A stretch of 64,000 nt of DNA from Azolla caroliniana. Lineage: Eukaryota > Plantae > Polypodiophyta. How positions within the stretch are numbered: position 1 is the first letter of the stretch; every line of letters starts with the position of its first letter. Both the position numbers and the translations under genes were made by a program. This document shows positions 32,801 through 46,222 of this stretch, in pieces. The notes under the pieces were generated by a model. The model was given only the letters and a program-made list of their open reading frames with translations. It did not search any database and had not been told where the DNA came from. The stretch is taken from the NCBI GenBank assembly GCA_043228905.1, contig JBHGNT010000011.1:310001-374000 (forward strand), given 5' to 3'.

Positions 32801-35800
32801 CTCTTCATAGTCGTTGGGTTTTCCGTAGTACCCGCACTCAGCTGGGTTTCGGCGATTGCTCGGTCCAGCGTTATGACTCCCCCTTGTGCCGAACTCTCTA
32901 GGTCCGTTTCTGTCCGTTTGCCAATGTTGGGAGTTATGCTCTTGGGTTTGACAACCATTATGGCCTTGTCTGTGTCGAACTCTATTTCCATGGCCGAAAT
33001 TTCTTCTATCATCCGACTGAGAGTAGAGCATATGACTGTCTGGTGCATTGCTTCTCTGTAGGGCAATATCGACTGAAGGTTGAAAAAGGAGGGAGGATTC
33101 TCTCTCGTGAGGATAGCCGATCTTATTGCGCCGAAAGGCGATGCTAAGCCTCCGAGGCATATTTGCACCATTTCATCATCATCAATGATGACATTGATTG
33201 ATTCGAGGGCATCGCACAACTCCTTAATCTTCAAGGTGTAGTTGCCGATTGACATATCCCTCTATTGGATGCCATTTAGTTTCTGGCAAAGCTAGAGCTT
33301 GCGTGTGGCCGTATTGGCTGCGAAAATCTTTTTGTGGTTTTCCCACCCCTGCTTTGGCGTTTTCGCTTCTCGAATGTAGCCAAGCATATGATCATGAACG
33401 CATGATGCAAGGCAATACAACACACGACTTGCGGCCTGTTCCCAAGTGGGATAGTCGGTGTGTGTTGGGTTGGGCTGGTTTTCGCGAGCTCCTTCGATGT
33501 AGCTCTAGTAGCTTTGTCCAACAAGGTACTGATGCATCTTGTACTCCCAAGATCCGAAGTTCGTTCTGTCTAGCTTCTCGGTAGGAAGAGCACTTCCCAT
33601 CTGAGTGTTCATGTTGAACTTCTTCTTCTCTATTGATTAGCCGGTTCTATTGGTCGTCGGCGCGCAACAACACACAAGAAATGAGAGGATGATTAAACAA
33701 CCACACGCTCTGATACCATGTAAGGAAATGGAGTCGATGGTGATTACACCAGAAGACGATTAGTGTGTGTGTGAGAGAGAGACAATAGACAGAGAGAGAG
33801 AGGGTGAGTGAGAGTTCAAGACAAAGATAGTCAAAGACAATATGTTACATTAACATAAACATCCAACATCATCCAACAGTAACTAAGTTACAAAAGGTTG
33901 GTTTATATACCAACTAAGCTAGGGCAAGTGCCCTTTCTAATATTTACAAAACTAGCATGGAATGTCCATGAGCTAGTATGAAACCTAACTATGGGAAGTT
34001 GAGTTCGATTCTCAACACTGCGATTAGATGGTGGAAAGGAGTACTTTTCCGCCCAATTCAACAACTATCTGCAAAAAATGGGAATTCGGCGAGAATTCAG
34101 TTGCAGGTATACGCCGGAGCAAAACAGCGTAGCCGAGAGGAAGAATCGTTCGATTGTAGATGCGGCAAGGGCGATGTTAGAAGAGAAGAGCATGCCCAAG
34201 TTTTACTGGGCCGAAGCCGTTTGGACTACAATCTACATCCAAAATTGGATCGGAGAAAAAGTGTCTACCATGAGCTATATTTCGGAAGGAAGCCGAATCT
34301 ACAACACTTGAGAGTTTTCGGCAGCATTGCATATGTGCACGTGCCGAAGGAGAGGAGGAGGAAGCTAGATGCCAAGGCCGAGAAATGCATCTTGGTCAGC
34401 TATTCAGACGAGCAGAAGGGGTATAATTGCAATAAACCCTGAACGAAGGAAGTACGCGTAATCCGTGACGTCGTGTTCGACGAGTCTGCTTCGTGGCACT
34501 TGCCCTCTCCTCCAATGCCTCTGGACTCCATTCCAAATTCTGAAAACGAAGCCAGCGAGGCTGAAATGCCTCCGCATGATGAGGACATCGGAGCTATAGG
34601 AGAGAGTCCGATCTCATTCCGGCTAAGTGGGCTGAATGAGGGGTTGGGCCAAGATGGTCAACCAGATGATGAGATAGCGAGTAGTGGAGACTCGGCCGTG
34701 TTTTCTCCGTGCAAGAAGCCAAGGAGACGGCTTACGCGCAAGGAAAAAGGGAAGAAGAAATTGCCGGATTATGGTGCGGACAGGATCGAGTCGGATCGAC
34801 ACGTATCCGGGTCCGAGGAAAGCGAGGGAGGTTCTTCGAGAGTGAAGTCCGTGTCACATGAGAAGGTTTCAACATCGGGTAATAAGCAATTACGCCCATC
34901 TACCCACCAAAGGAACCTCGTTGTGTGATTTGGGTACAATGAGTACATGGCGCATCACTATGCGTACATGACCCGTGTAGCGGAAGTGCGTGAGCCGGAG
35001 AGCTACGTAGAAGTGGCAAAAGACGCGAACTGGTGTGCCGCTATGGAGGAATAGATGCGCGCATTAGTGGAGAATGAGACTTGGAACCTGGTTGACGCAC
35101 CGAAGGGTGTGAAGCCGATCGGATGCAGATGGTTGTATAAGGTGAAATACAACACCAATAGCTCCGTCAACCGTTACAAGGCCCGGTTAGTTGCGAAAGG
35201 CTACGCGCAGAAGCACGGTGTGGATTACGAAGAGACCTTCGTGCATGTCGCGAAGATGACTACCGTGCGAGTCTTGCTAAGCCGTAGCAACGGCGAAGGG
35301 GTGGCACTTACATAAGATGGATGTAAAGAATACATTCCTACAAGGCGAGCTTCAGGAACAAGTGTACATGGTACAACCCCCCGGATTTCTATCCGAACAA
35401 GACACTTCGGCTGTGTGCCGACTGAAGAAGTCATTATACGGCCTAAAGCAAGGCCTGCGAGCTTCGAACGCAAAGATTACGCAACAGTAGCGTAAGATGG
35501 GGTTTGCGCCATCAAAGTTGGACTCTTCACCGTTTGTTCGGCAAGGTCAACACGGACCGGTTAGTCTCCTTTTATATGTTGAGGATTTAGTCATCGTCGG
35601 TGCCGACCTGAACGAAATCCATCGCGTGAAGCGTCAGCTTGTTGCATCATTCGAAATGAAGGATCTTGGCGACCTTCATTACTTCCTCGGGATTGAAGTG
35701 ATCCATACCCCCGAAGATATACTGATAAGCCATCGCCATTACGCGCTGAATATGCTCTTCAAGTTCGGGATGGCAGATTGTAAGCCCATCTCAACTCCTC

Positions 35801-36988
35801 TAGATAGAACCATCAAGCTTCGACCTGACTCTGGAAAGGTATGTGACCCGACGAGGTTCCGACAGATAGTCGGAAGCCTCATATACTTGACCATCACCCG
35901 GCCTGAACTCAGTTACCCAGTCAGAGTGATTAGTCTGTTCATGGCGCAACCTACTAGGGAGCACCTTTAGTGTGCGCAACGCGTACTCTAATACATAAGC
36001 GGCACTAAGGACCAGGGGCTACTATATTGGACCGGTACAACCGTACAGTTAGTCGGCTACACCAATGCAAATTGGGCTAGGGACACCGTCGATCGCCGAT
36101 CCACATCTGGTTTCGTGTTCTTCCTTGGGAGTGTTGCGATCGCATGGAGTAGCAAGAAGCAGCCGACAGTTGCGCTGTCAAGCACTGAAGCTGAATACTG
36201 AGGAGCAGCTGTCACAACATGTGAAGCCATATGGCTGAAGAGGCTACTCAAGGATCTGCAGGTGGAGGTGTCTGCTCCGACGACGATCTACTACGACAAC
36301 CTCAGTAACATTTAGTTAGCGAAGAATCCCGTCTTCCACGCCCGGACCAAGCACATTGAGGTGCACTACCACTTTGTCCGCGAGCGTTTCCTCTCCGGTG
36401 AAGTCGAACTTCACTATGTCTCGACGGATTGGCAGAACGCCGACATCTTCACCAAGCCCCTTGGTCTCGACAAGTTGTGGAAATTCTTGGGTGCGCTTGG
36501 TTTGTGGCACCTCGATGTGCCGAACTTGAGGAGGAGAGAAACCTCGAATGACCGCGGAAGGGGGAGAGAAGTTCTGAAAGATCGTAACACCGAATCGGAA
36601 CAGTTCGAAAGCGGATATAAGGGGAGCAATCGTAAGAAAGAGCCCAAGCTAGTCAAGCATGGGGGAGATGAAGCCAACAAGGGCAAGAAGACCGAAGACG
36701 AGTTGTAGACAGCCAACTCGGATGAGAGTGAAAATCGATCGGATGTTTGATTCAGACATGCTGGATCAACCTAGGGCCAAGCGGAAGAGAAGGTAGCAGA
36801 AGAGACGCCAACACCACCGTGACAGTAAGGGAGCTGAGAAGGGCCGTGCGAACAAATAAGCCGACTGGAAAGGTCGAGGCGCGCAGAATTGAATGGGTCG
36901 AGGAGCGCGAATGAGGTGTGAAGCCAGGAGGAACCAAAGTAGTGATTTGGACGATCCCGAAGAAGCTCAAGTTGAACTTGAGGGGAAG

Positions 36989-37480
36989 TGTTGAGATACA
37001 AGCTCAACATAAGCTGGACTGGTGCGTAAACCAGGTGCGTAAACCGGTACACAACGAGGAGCCGTAGCGGTGCGGAAACCGCGAGGCCGTTGGAAAGATA
37101 TTCTGAGTAGGAATATGTTTTGGGAGTTAGTGTAGAGCTCAATTAATGAGCATTGATGTACTTGTCAGTACTTCTGTCAGTCCATATGGACTTGTATAAA
37201 AGCGCTCATTGAGCACATTCTATGTACAAAGAATGAACATTATTTTTTAATAGAGTTTTGTGTGTTTACTCTCTCTGTCTCTCTCTCGCATACTGTGTGT
37301 ACATGCTCACAGAGCACATTCTATGTACAGAGAACGAACATTATTTTTTAATAGAGTTTTGTGTGTTTACTCTCTCTGTCTGTCTCTCTCGCGTACTGTG
37401 TGTACCCAAGCTCTCCATTAAACTTGTGTTTTCTATGTTCAGTTTTCTATTCCTTGCTTCCGCACGTTATTCTTTTTACA
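36989..37480 (+). repeat. 3' LTR of E, with a private tandem duplication of about 101 bp
   Basis: GAGCACATTCTATGTA... occurs at 37211 and 37312, but only once in the 5' LTR. Confidence 0.9.
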
Positions 37481-39008
37481 AGAAGAAATGGATTCCTTGC
37501 ATGAGAACCTAACTTATGAGTTAATGGAGCTGCCTGATGGTAAGAAGGCACTTAGAAACAAATGGGTCTATAAACTAAAGACTGGTGAAGACGGAAGTAC
37601 ACCCAGGTATAAGGCCCGCATTGTCATAAAGGGATTTCAACAGAAAAAGGGTGTTGATTTTGATGAGATTTTTGCTCCAGTTGTGAAGATGACCTCTATC
37701 CGGATTGTTTTGAGTATGGCTACTAGTATGAATCTTTAAATCGAACAGTTGGATGTTAAAACAACTTTCTTGCATGGTGAGTTAGAAGAGGAAATCTATA
37801 TGCAACAGCTGGAAGGCTTTGAGGTAAAAGGAAAAGAGAACCTCGTGTGCAGGCTGAAGAAAAGCTTGTATGGTTGAAAGCAAGCTCCACGACAATGGTA
37901 TAAGAAATTTGAGTCCTTCATGTTGGAACATGGATTCCACAAAACACAAGCCGATCATTGTGTATTTGTGAAAAAGTATAATGAAGGTGATTTTCTTATT
38001 CTGTTGTTGTATGTGGATGATATGTTGGTTGTTGGACAGGATGTTAAAAAGATTGCAAGCTTGAAGAAAGCATTGAGGAAATCGTTTGCCATGAAAGACT
38101 AAGGACTAGTAAAACAAATTTTGGGAATGCATATAGTCTAGGAGAGGACTGAAAACATGTTATGGCTATCACAAGACAAATATGTGACAAAAGTTTTGCA
38201 AAGGTTTAACATGTACAATGAAAAATCGGTTGGATCTCCATTACTGATGGATTGTAAGTTAAATTCAGGACAATGTCCGAAAACTGAGAAATATAAGGCA
38301 GAGATGAGGAGAGTGATGTATGCTTCCGCTGTTGGTAGTCTTATGTATGCTATGGTTTGCACAAGGCCTGATATTGCATTCGCTGTTGGAACAGTTAGTT
38401 GTTACGTGAGTAATCTTGGAAAGGAGCATTGGGCAGCCGTAAAATGGATTCTTAGATACCTCAAAGGAACTTCAGGTGTATGCCTTAGATATGGCTCCGG
38501 GAAACCTATGCTAGAAGGTTTCACAGATTCTGATATGTCGGGTGATGTAGATTCCAGCCGATCCACATCAGGGTATGTGATGACGTACTAAGAGGGAGCT
38601 GTGTCATGGCAATCAAGATTGCAAAAGGTTGTGGTTTTGTCAACCACCGAGGCTGAGTATATGGCTGTAGTGGAAGTTGGAAAAGAATTGATCTAGATGA
38701 GAGAGTTCTTGAGCAAACTAGGAATGAAGCAAGAGAAGTACTTACTTAATTGTGACAATCAAAGTGCTATCCATTTGGCTAAGAATGCTACCTACCACTC
38801 TCGTACAAAGCACATTCAAAGAAGGTATCATGGGTTGCGAGAAAGAGTGGAAGAAAACGAGTTTGTTCTAGCGAAGATCCACACTGAAGAAAATGGATCA
38901 GACATGGTCACAAAAATATTATTTATAGAAAAACTCGTTGCGTGCCGGAAAAAGATTGGTTTGGTTGATTCTCCCCTTACAGGAGTGAAGGGGGAGTTTG
39001 TTATGTAA
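37481..39008 (+). pseudogene. Element A RT and RNase H (several stops)
   Basis: YKARIV, FAPVVKMTSIR, LLLYVDDML, MVCTRPDI, FTDSDMSGD, HSRTKHIQRRYH. Confidence 0.93.
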
Positions 39009-39827
39009 AGGTGTCCCTCCTTGCGGGGCAGTTGGCCAAAAAGTCGACTTAAGAGTCGACTGGTCGAAATCGGTTGAGAAGTTGAAATGAGTCGGCTGAC
39101 CGAAATCAGCCAAAAAGAGTCCATTGACCGAATTTGGCCGAAATCGGTCGGAGAGCAAAAAGAATAGTCGATTTGCTGAAGAACCGAATTAGGGGTCGAC
39201 TGACTGAATTTGGTGAGAAAGCCGAATTCGAACTTAATCGAATAGGAGTTCAGAGAAATATATAAATATGTATGTATGAAATGACTTAGTGTATATATAC
39301 TAATAGGCGTAGTAGTGTGTCTGTATGTGGTATAACTTACTAGAAGTAAAACAGTGAGAAAAAGGGGGGAAAATATATATAACGTAAGTGAGTGCATGAG
39401 ATATACATATATATGTGTGAGTGAAAAACGAGTAGAAATATAAGCGTGACTCAGAGAACGATAGAGTATCTACACTGTAGCGGCTGTGTAAGTGCCATAC
39501 CTCAGAAGCTGAGAGTGAGAAGAAAAGGTGTGTGAAACAGAAAAGAAGAGAGATTAAAACAGAGAAGCTAAGGAGGTTTCGAATGGGAAAGTCCTCTACA
39601 TATTAGGGTTTGGAATGCTCATCTGAGATTGTGGTTTCAGAGAACATTCAGACCAGATCAGGTGCTTTCATTTTATGGTTGTATTTTGAATTCCGTTACA
39701 GTGGAAATTTTTTGTTCCGTGGTTTTTCCCTAAAATCAGGGGTTTCCACGTAAATCGTGTGTTACTCCTCATTTCCTGTTTGTGTTTAAGTAGATTTCGT
39801 AATTTCTAATTGAGTGAACACTTAACA
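38999..39827 (+). repeat. 3' LTR of element A (829 bp)
   Basis: TGTTA...TAACA after the PPT; matches 259-318 and 561-1077. Confidence 0.94.
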
Positions 39828-40379
39828 TTTCTGTGGTCGGCAATGCCTTCGTATTTCCACCTCCTCCACATCATATATTTGCACAACTCATGTCTGACGT
39901 ATTAACTGATAACTTTAAACTGTTTAATGATTTTTGAAACATCATTCTCGATTAGAAAGTATCATATGAAACTATGGGGACAAAGTATTTCATGAATAAT
40001 AATAAGACGAATCCCTAAACAAACGTACGTATGCATTTGTGGATATATATATGCATCTATATAATCTTCCCACTTTTCTGTAGGACACATGTGTAATTTT
40101 CCCTTGTTTAATAATATTTTGAAAGATCTTACACACTTATCCATTAAACAACAAGTGCAAGATCTATAGCCTCAGTTTTAATTTATTCATGAGTTTGTTA
40201 TGTTTGATTATTTAATTAATTTGGCTGAAATGTTTTCTAATTTAATATTTTCTTCATTAATTATTTATAAACTAATTGTCTTTATTAATTAATTTGATTT
40301 AAATGCTCTGGTTTAAACAGTTTGGTTTCAAGTACCCTTAATGGTTTAGTGAAATGGTTTTGGTTTAAATTGTTAGAGG

Positions 40380-41679
40380 CAGGGCCTAAATTTGACGGGT
40401 TAGTATTAAAGTTTTTTTATGGGCATTTTTTAAAGATGTATGTCATATGACACAAGAGTGCAAAAACTAACATGTCATTTGACATACAAATTTTCATAAT
40501 GAAAGTTTTATATGATGCTTCGTTGTTATACATTTCATTACTATAGAAAGTACACAAAGATGTAACAATCGGCAACGATTTGGTTCGGTTTGAGAGGGTC
40601 CAAACCAAACCATTAATTTTTTAAAAACCTAAACCGAACCGAACCACGAAACCGTTAAACCGAACCGTTAAAAAAAAATTAAAAATCGTAAAAACCGCAG
40701 TATCGTGGTTCGGTTTCAATTTTCAACTTAGGTCGAATTTAAATTTTTAAATTTTTAAATTTTTAAAATTACAGTATTTCATGTTTTAAAATTTTTACAT
40801 TTTTAAAGATGTTCCTAAATTGAGAATAAGGTCTAAAAATGAAAAGATTGTTTAAAAATGATTTTTTAAAAATTTAAATTTTTTTTTGAAATTTTTTAAA
40901 AAAATAATAAAAAATAGAAAATCGTTAAACCGTTTAAACTACGGGTTTTGACTGCTGAAACCAAACTGAAACCGAACCAAACCATTTACGAACCAAACCA
41001 AACCAAACCGCTAAAACCATTAAGTTGTTAAGCCGCGGTTTCGCGGTTCGGTTCGGTTCAAACAGAACCATTGCCGATTGTTACAAAGATGCACAAATAA
41101 ACATAACTACCTCACAAAGATAATGAAATACATAAAATTAATATTCTGTTAATGTTTTTACTGGAAAAAAAAAAAGAAAAAAGAAAAAAGGTTAGTAAAT
41201 ATTTAGTTTTTACTTAAAAATTTTAGGTAAGTAATAAGATTTAGTTGTTAAAACTTAAATCATTGAAATCAAACCTAAACTTTACACTCTTAAAGTATAT
41301 ATTTAATAAAGGTTATTGTTTAAAATTTCAGTCAAATTTCAACTAATATTATTAGTAAAGAAATTAAGAATAAATATTTGAGAATATATACCATTATTAC
41401 ATGATAATGATATTATTTTAAGTGTTATAAAAAACATATAATTTTTTGGAAAAAAATTATATAGTATAAATATATTATTATACACACTTCATATCTATAA
41501 TAAGTGATATATATGTATATATAATATATATGACATGGAAAATAGAATTTTAACATGTCATTTGAAATGCATAATTTGTAGGGGCCTTTCGCATGAAAAA
41601 TGGATATTGAAACTTTATATGTCACTTGACGGGCAAAATGGCCTTTGATGGGCATTACACCTGTCAAATTCCTGCCCTG
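40380..41679. mobile_element. Possible old non-autonomous hAT element
   Basis: Imperfect TIRs CAGGGCnnnAATTTGAC at both ends and TTGACGGG subterminal motifs; no convincing TSD. Confidence 0.45.
40563..41083. mobile_element. hAT-type MITE (521 bp)
   Basis: 13-bp TIR TAACAATCGGCAA; 8-bp TSD CAAAGATG (40555-40562, 41084-41091); many AACCG/CGGTT subterminal repeats. Confidence 0.88.
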
Positions 41680-42589
41680 AACCGAGCTACTTAACATGAT
41701 AAATTAATAAACCTTAGTTTGACAACCAAACCGTTTACTCATAATTGAAACCCAACCATACGATTGAATCCTGAAAGACCAAACCAAAACATTTAATTGT
41801 TTTGGAACAAATGAATTGTTAAACCATAACTTGATGGTTCTATTCATTTTGAGTCGAACTAAGGCAAATAGCTCTATACATCATGTGCAACGTGTACAAT
41901 TTTAGAGAGGCCAAAATCTTTTGCAAAAATCTAGGAAGCAAACTATCTTCTTATCTTCTTTTTTTCTTTACCACTCCATGGAAAGGAGCCAAGAATTTTC
42001 TCGTTATATTTGCTAAGAATTTACTATCACTTATAAATTTTAATATATATACTTTTAAATATTTCTTGCAAATCCCTACCAAAAAAAAATCTGTGGACAA
42101 ACCAAGAAAGTGTCACATTTTTTTGCTTCGAATTTTGAATTTGGTAATAAAAGAAATGAAGACATTGACAAAGATGACAAAGATGAAGAAAACGTTAGAG
42201 GAAAACTACCACTAAATGTCTTTGAAGAGATTTTTTAGATGTTTAGGTATATAATAGATTGTAATTATGTTTGGAAAGAAGAGTTACCCACATTTTTAAG
42301 GCTTTCATTGATAGGGTTAATTTGATTTTATTCTATGTTATAATGTTAGAGATGATTTTCTCACTTAAATCTACAAAGAATAGGTTTAGAAATAGACTAA
42401 AAAGCAATGTGGTAAATGCGTTGATGTGAATATCTATTGAAGGACCTGATCATATGTAGAGATTAAAAGTAGCCCTTCCTCCTTCAAGGGATTTATGTTT
42501 TTGAAATTTTAAAAATATCTTATCCTTCCCTCCTTGAGGGGGGTTGAAATTTCCAATATTTATTTTTATAACTTCCCTCCTTTAGATGT

Positions 42590-43180
42590 CTTTAGATCGA
42601 TGGGATGTTGACTTTGGTTGATGTAGCATGCTCAACTCTCATTTTTCAAAATTTACCATGTTGCAACTTTTCGGCCAGAGGTTAGAATCATGCTCTGAAA
42701 ACATTACGATTGCTTTGCCATGCCTCTAGCTCAATTACCCTCAATTGAGGACATGCTTGTTGGAATTGTCTTGATGATGATGTAGAGAAATTTGATAGCG
42801 CATGTACAACTATGTATAGAGAGGAGAATGGAACTATTCGAGTGATCGCGGGTAACAGTGCACCTAGAAGTAATGCCTAGAAACAAAAAATTGTAGATCT
42901 ATGGATGTTGCTAGCACCCATTATCATATGGAACATTTGGACCGCAAGATGTACCAGGGTATTTACAACAAACAAACATCCTCTAGCAGAATCTATTAAG
43001 CTAATAACTACATTGAGGGCCCAATATGAGCGGATTGATGGAACAGATGATGCTTCAGATTTAATGAGGCTAAAATTCAGAAAACGATGGTGTACTACAC
43101 TGATGGCTACAGAAACTGGAGTGGATATACGATGGCAGTACGTAGTACCGAGATGGTTGTTCCCCCCTCCCATTAGATGA
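42590..43180 (+). mobile_element. Decayed 3' remnant of an L1-type LINE ORF2
   Basis: IIIWNIWTARCTRVF resembles the W-x-I-W-x-x-R-N/C-x-x-x-F motif of the L1 ORF2 C-terminus; boundaries approximate. Confidence 0.45.
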
Positions 43181-44575
43181 TAGAGGGGCGTGAATGACAC
43201 GAAAAACATGGAGAACAAACATGTGGGCTATTTAGTGCAAGATAAATAAGTGATGTAGTCCATATGGAAGTAGGTAATGTCTAAAGTTGTGTATTGTATG
43301 TCATTTTAACGAATGGAGTATATTCTTCTTTTGGAAATCACGTTGTGAAAATATCATCTTCTTCCTTGAAATGAAATCTTCATCTCAATGCTATGTGTTT
43401 TTTAGCATAATAACCTAGATTCAATTGTTTGGGGAATTTGCTCGAGATTTGTGTTATTTTGCACTTCAAGCTCGGATTTCAAAGCTAGAAAAATCTATGT
43501 GATCCTTGTTTGATTGCGAGTAAGATAGTAAATAATTGAGAACAAGTTTAAATGAGTAACGGAAAGGAAAATTACATCAAGTAATGAAAGGGCAATTCAA
43601 ATACAAGCAAGATAATTCTCTACTATGTTACTTGGAGTGGCTCAAAAGGAAGCTTTATAAGGATTAAGAAGATAATTTTGCATGTGTACTCATCACATTA
43701 TGACAACACTATGGAGCATTCGTGCATGTGGGGGATTTTTAAATGATATTGAAAACAATACTATAAACATGGGAATTGGCTTGATTATTTTGTAGTATTG
43801 TTGTTTGTATGTCCTACACAAATTCCGCTCCATGCTCTATTGTACAACTAGACCTAATTTTTAGTGTCACCAATGCGATGGTTCTATGTTGCATACTTGT
43901 CGTACATGTGTTCCCAGTTTTGAGTTTATGAAAGGCTCACCATCCACTTCTATCACAACATTGCATCTTCACTACCTAGATGATCTTATTGTTTTGCCCA
44001 ATTATATTCTTAGATTTTTATTCTTGATCATGTGATTTATCATTCCAAGTTTTCAATGCTCCTCCATCATTGTGAAAGTTTAGAGTATGCAACACCTCTA
44101 TCATATTTATTTTCAAGTAAAATATTAATTAACACTCAAATGGGTCTGAATAATGGCTTATGATGAGCATAGTTTTATCTATCTATTGATTTGGCATTAA
44201 TAGTCACTCCATCAATACGGTGCCACAAGCATGAGATATTGGTCTTTTCACATGGGATATCAATTATTAAAAGAGGACTCCATAGCCATGAATATGGCAT
44301 CACATCATTATTGTTTGCATCATGTATGAGTTTCAATGGGCGCAATGTGGGTGTACACCAAATATGAGTTGCTTGCATTGACAACCAACACACATTTACA
44401 CACACATGAAATATGACATCAAACATTACAAGGATGTGTTCAAATTATAAAAAGTGGGAAGATTCAATACCATATACATATAGATAGATACATGGAATAT
44501 ATGTGTGTCTATATAGGGTTTTGTCTTCTTATTATGGTTTGTGAATACTTGATGACATAGTTTGATGGTACATAC

Positions 44576-46222
44576 CATAGATTGACACATGCGTGATATT
44601 TGTCATATTCTCCAGGCGCAATATTCGAGAATACAAAATGACCACAAGAATATTAAGAAAGCATTAGTTTTGCAAAATAAATATAAAAAATTAATTATTT
44701 ATTTATTTTATTTAAATAAATTTATTTCGCCAAATAAAGAACAATTATTAATTAATAGATTATAGTGTCAAGAGAGTTTATGAAACTTATTTTAATTAAT
44801 CAATTAATTTTTAAAAAACGTTTATTTTTATAGGAATGCGCTATTTGACCCCCCATTTTGGCTATTTGCCCCCCCTAAATAGTTAAACCACACCCCCCCC
44901 CCCCCAAAAAAAAAAAAAAATGCCTTGCACCGCTGCGTCGAATCATCCACACTTACGACCCTAAGATTCTGAAAATCCCCCTCTCCGACTTCATGCGCAC
45001 TGTCCAGCTCCTGAGTCCTCACCGGCCGCACCCCTCCTCCGCCATTGCCATCTCCATCTCCATCTCCCCATGAACCTCACCTCAAGATCCTTCACGGCCA
45101 TGGAGATTTCATGGTTGTGCCTGTTCATCAAGATTCCTCCCATCATCATCACATCAAGAATCAAAAGCAGAATTAGACTGTGGTAGTGAAGGAGAAAGAG
45201 CATGGGCAGCTCATCACGACCCCCGTTGATCATACCCCTCGTCATGCTCACCAGAATCGCCCAATCCATGGCCCCTCTGTGAATGATTTAGGATCCTTCG
45301 TTCCTCTTTCTCCGCACCGTCATATCAACCCACCCACCAATCTTACTTAGAACCCCAATCATTTTGAGTCCGAATTTGCCCACTTTTAGATCGATTCCCA
45401 AAATCTGGCTCCTAAACAGACCGAGCATCCCAATCTACTCCTTGATCTAGGATTTATCACCCCAAATCATCGCCAGATTGCCCCTAACCAAAACCCACTA
45501 ATCAAATGGCAAGGATCAATGGCTTATGGTAATGATCTTAAATTAATCGCAGTCTGTAATCAGTGGGCGATGGGAGACCAATTGATCCAGGAGTTTTATG
45601 ATTAGACCACGAGTGACTATCCCCTGAAATTTTCTTCTGGCTGTGATGATTCTATTGGTTATTTGGGTGAATTAGAGTGGATGGAATCTTCTGCGACCGA
45701 TTTCTAGCTCAATTCAGTTGGTGGATTCCTACTACCATGATTCTACACTGATTGAGGATAACCTCTACAACACCCACGATTACTATAATCATAACCTAAT
45801 CGATTAGATCCATCCATATTAATCGCTAGTAGAACTGATTGCTAATTACCCATCTATCCACACATATTTCTCATGAGTATGGTCATGGAAGTAATTACTG
45901 TCTTCTGAATAACTTTGGGGTGGATGATTTCCTTGACCTAAATGGAGCTTCTTCATTGAACATTCCCCATATGTAGAACTATACCATGGAAAATTTTATT
46001 ATCCCTATTTTCAAAAGATATTCTTCATTGAAGAGTCCCTCTTTTATTATGCCTATTTATTGTTAAATTCCATTTTTTTATCATAGGAAATTAAAAAAGA
46101 CATATTTCTCTTTTTTTTTTGGGGGGGGGAGGGGGGCGGGGGGGGGGGGGACCACCCATTCGTATTCGTACTCGTTTGCATTCGAATGGGAAACTCGACG
46201 AATGCGAATATGTCAATCTATG
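44576..46222. mobile_element. TIR element X1 (1647 bp, non-autonomous; CATAG termini, 8-bp TSD)
   Basis: CATAGATTGACACATGCG ... CGAATATGTCAATCTATG; TSD GTACATAC at 44568-44575 and 46223-46230. Confidence 0.9.

Larger units (their letters stand above)
22702..34017 (-). mobile_element. Element F: degenerate Ty1/Copia (LPTEKLDR-type gag) nested in E's integrase
   Basis: LTRs 22702-23002 and 33719-34017; PBS-Met 33718-33707; PPT 23013-23003; TSD CTGCG; gag ATG 33600 (MGSALPTEKLDR), WFVDSGASNHM, YVDD, ARTKHIEVHYHF. Confidence 0.94.
20440..37480 (+). mobile_element. Element E: degenerate Ty1/Copia of a different lineage (LPTEKLDR-type gag); hosts F, G and H
   Basis: LTRs 20440-20819 and 36989-37480; PBS TGGTATTAGAG at 20820; PPT near 36978-36988; TSD AGAAG; coding remnants 20923-22701 and 34018-36700 rejoin as KCLR|LDGGKEYF. 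Confidence 0.94.
259..39827 (+). mobile_element. Element A: old, degenerate Ty1/Copia (Tnt1/Tork-like), host of the whole nest
   Basis: 5' LTR to 1077, PBS-Met 1081-1092, PPT 38982-38996, 3' LTR 38999-39827. Removing the four TSD-bounded inserts leaves about 4.06 kb of internal sequence; the coding sequence rejoins at each junction (HVASD|TNSF, KLP|KLSWAEA, GEPE|CYEEA, MQE|EMDSLHE). Confidence 0.95.

Noticed and set aside
40561-41085. TG...CA ends suggesting a solo LTR
   Set aside because: An 8-bp TSD, a 13-bp TIR and AACCG subterminal repeats fit a hAT MITE better, and there is no 5-bp TSD.
43200-44560. Short ORFs in AT-rich sequence (e.g. 44175-44426)
   Set aside because: No recognisable motifs or splice structure; no call can be supported.
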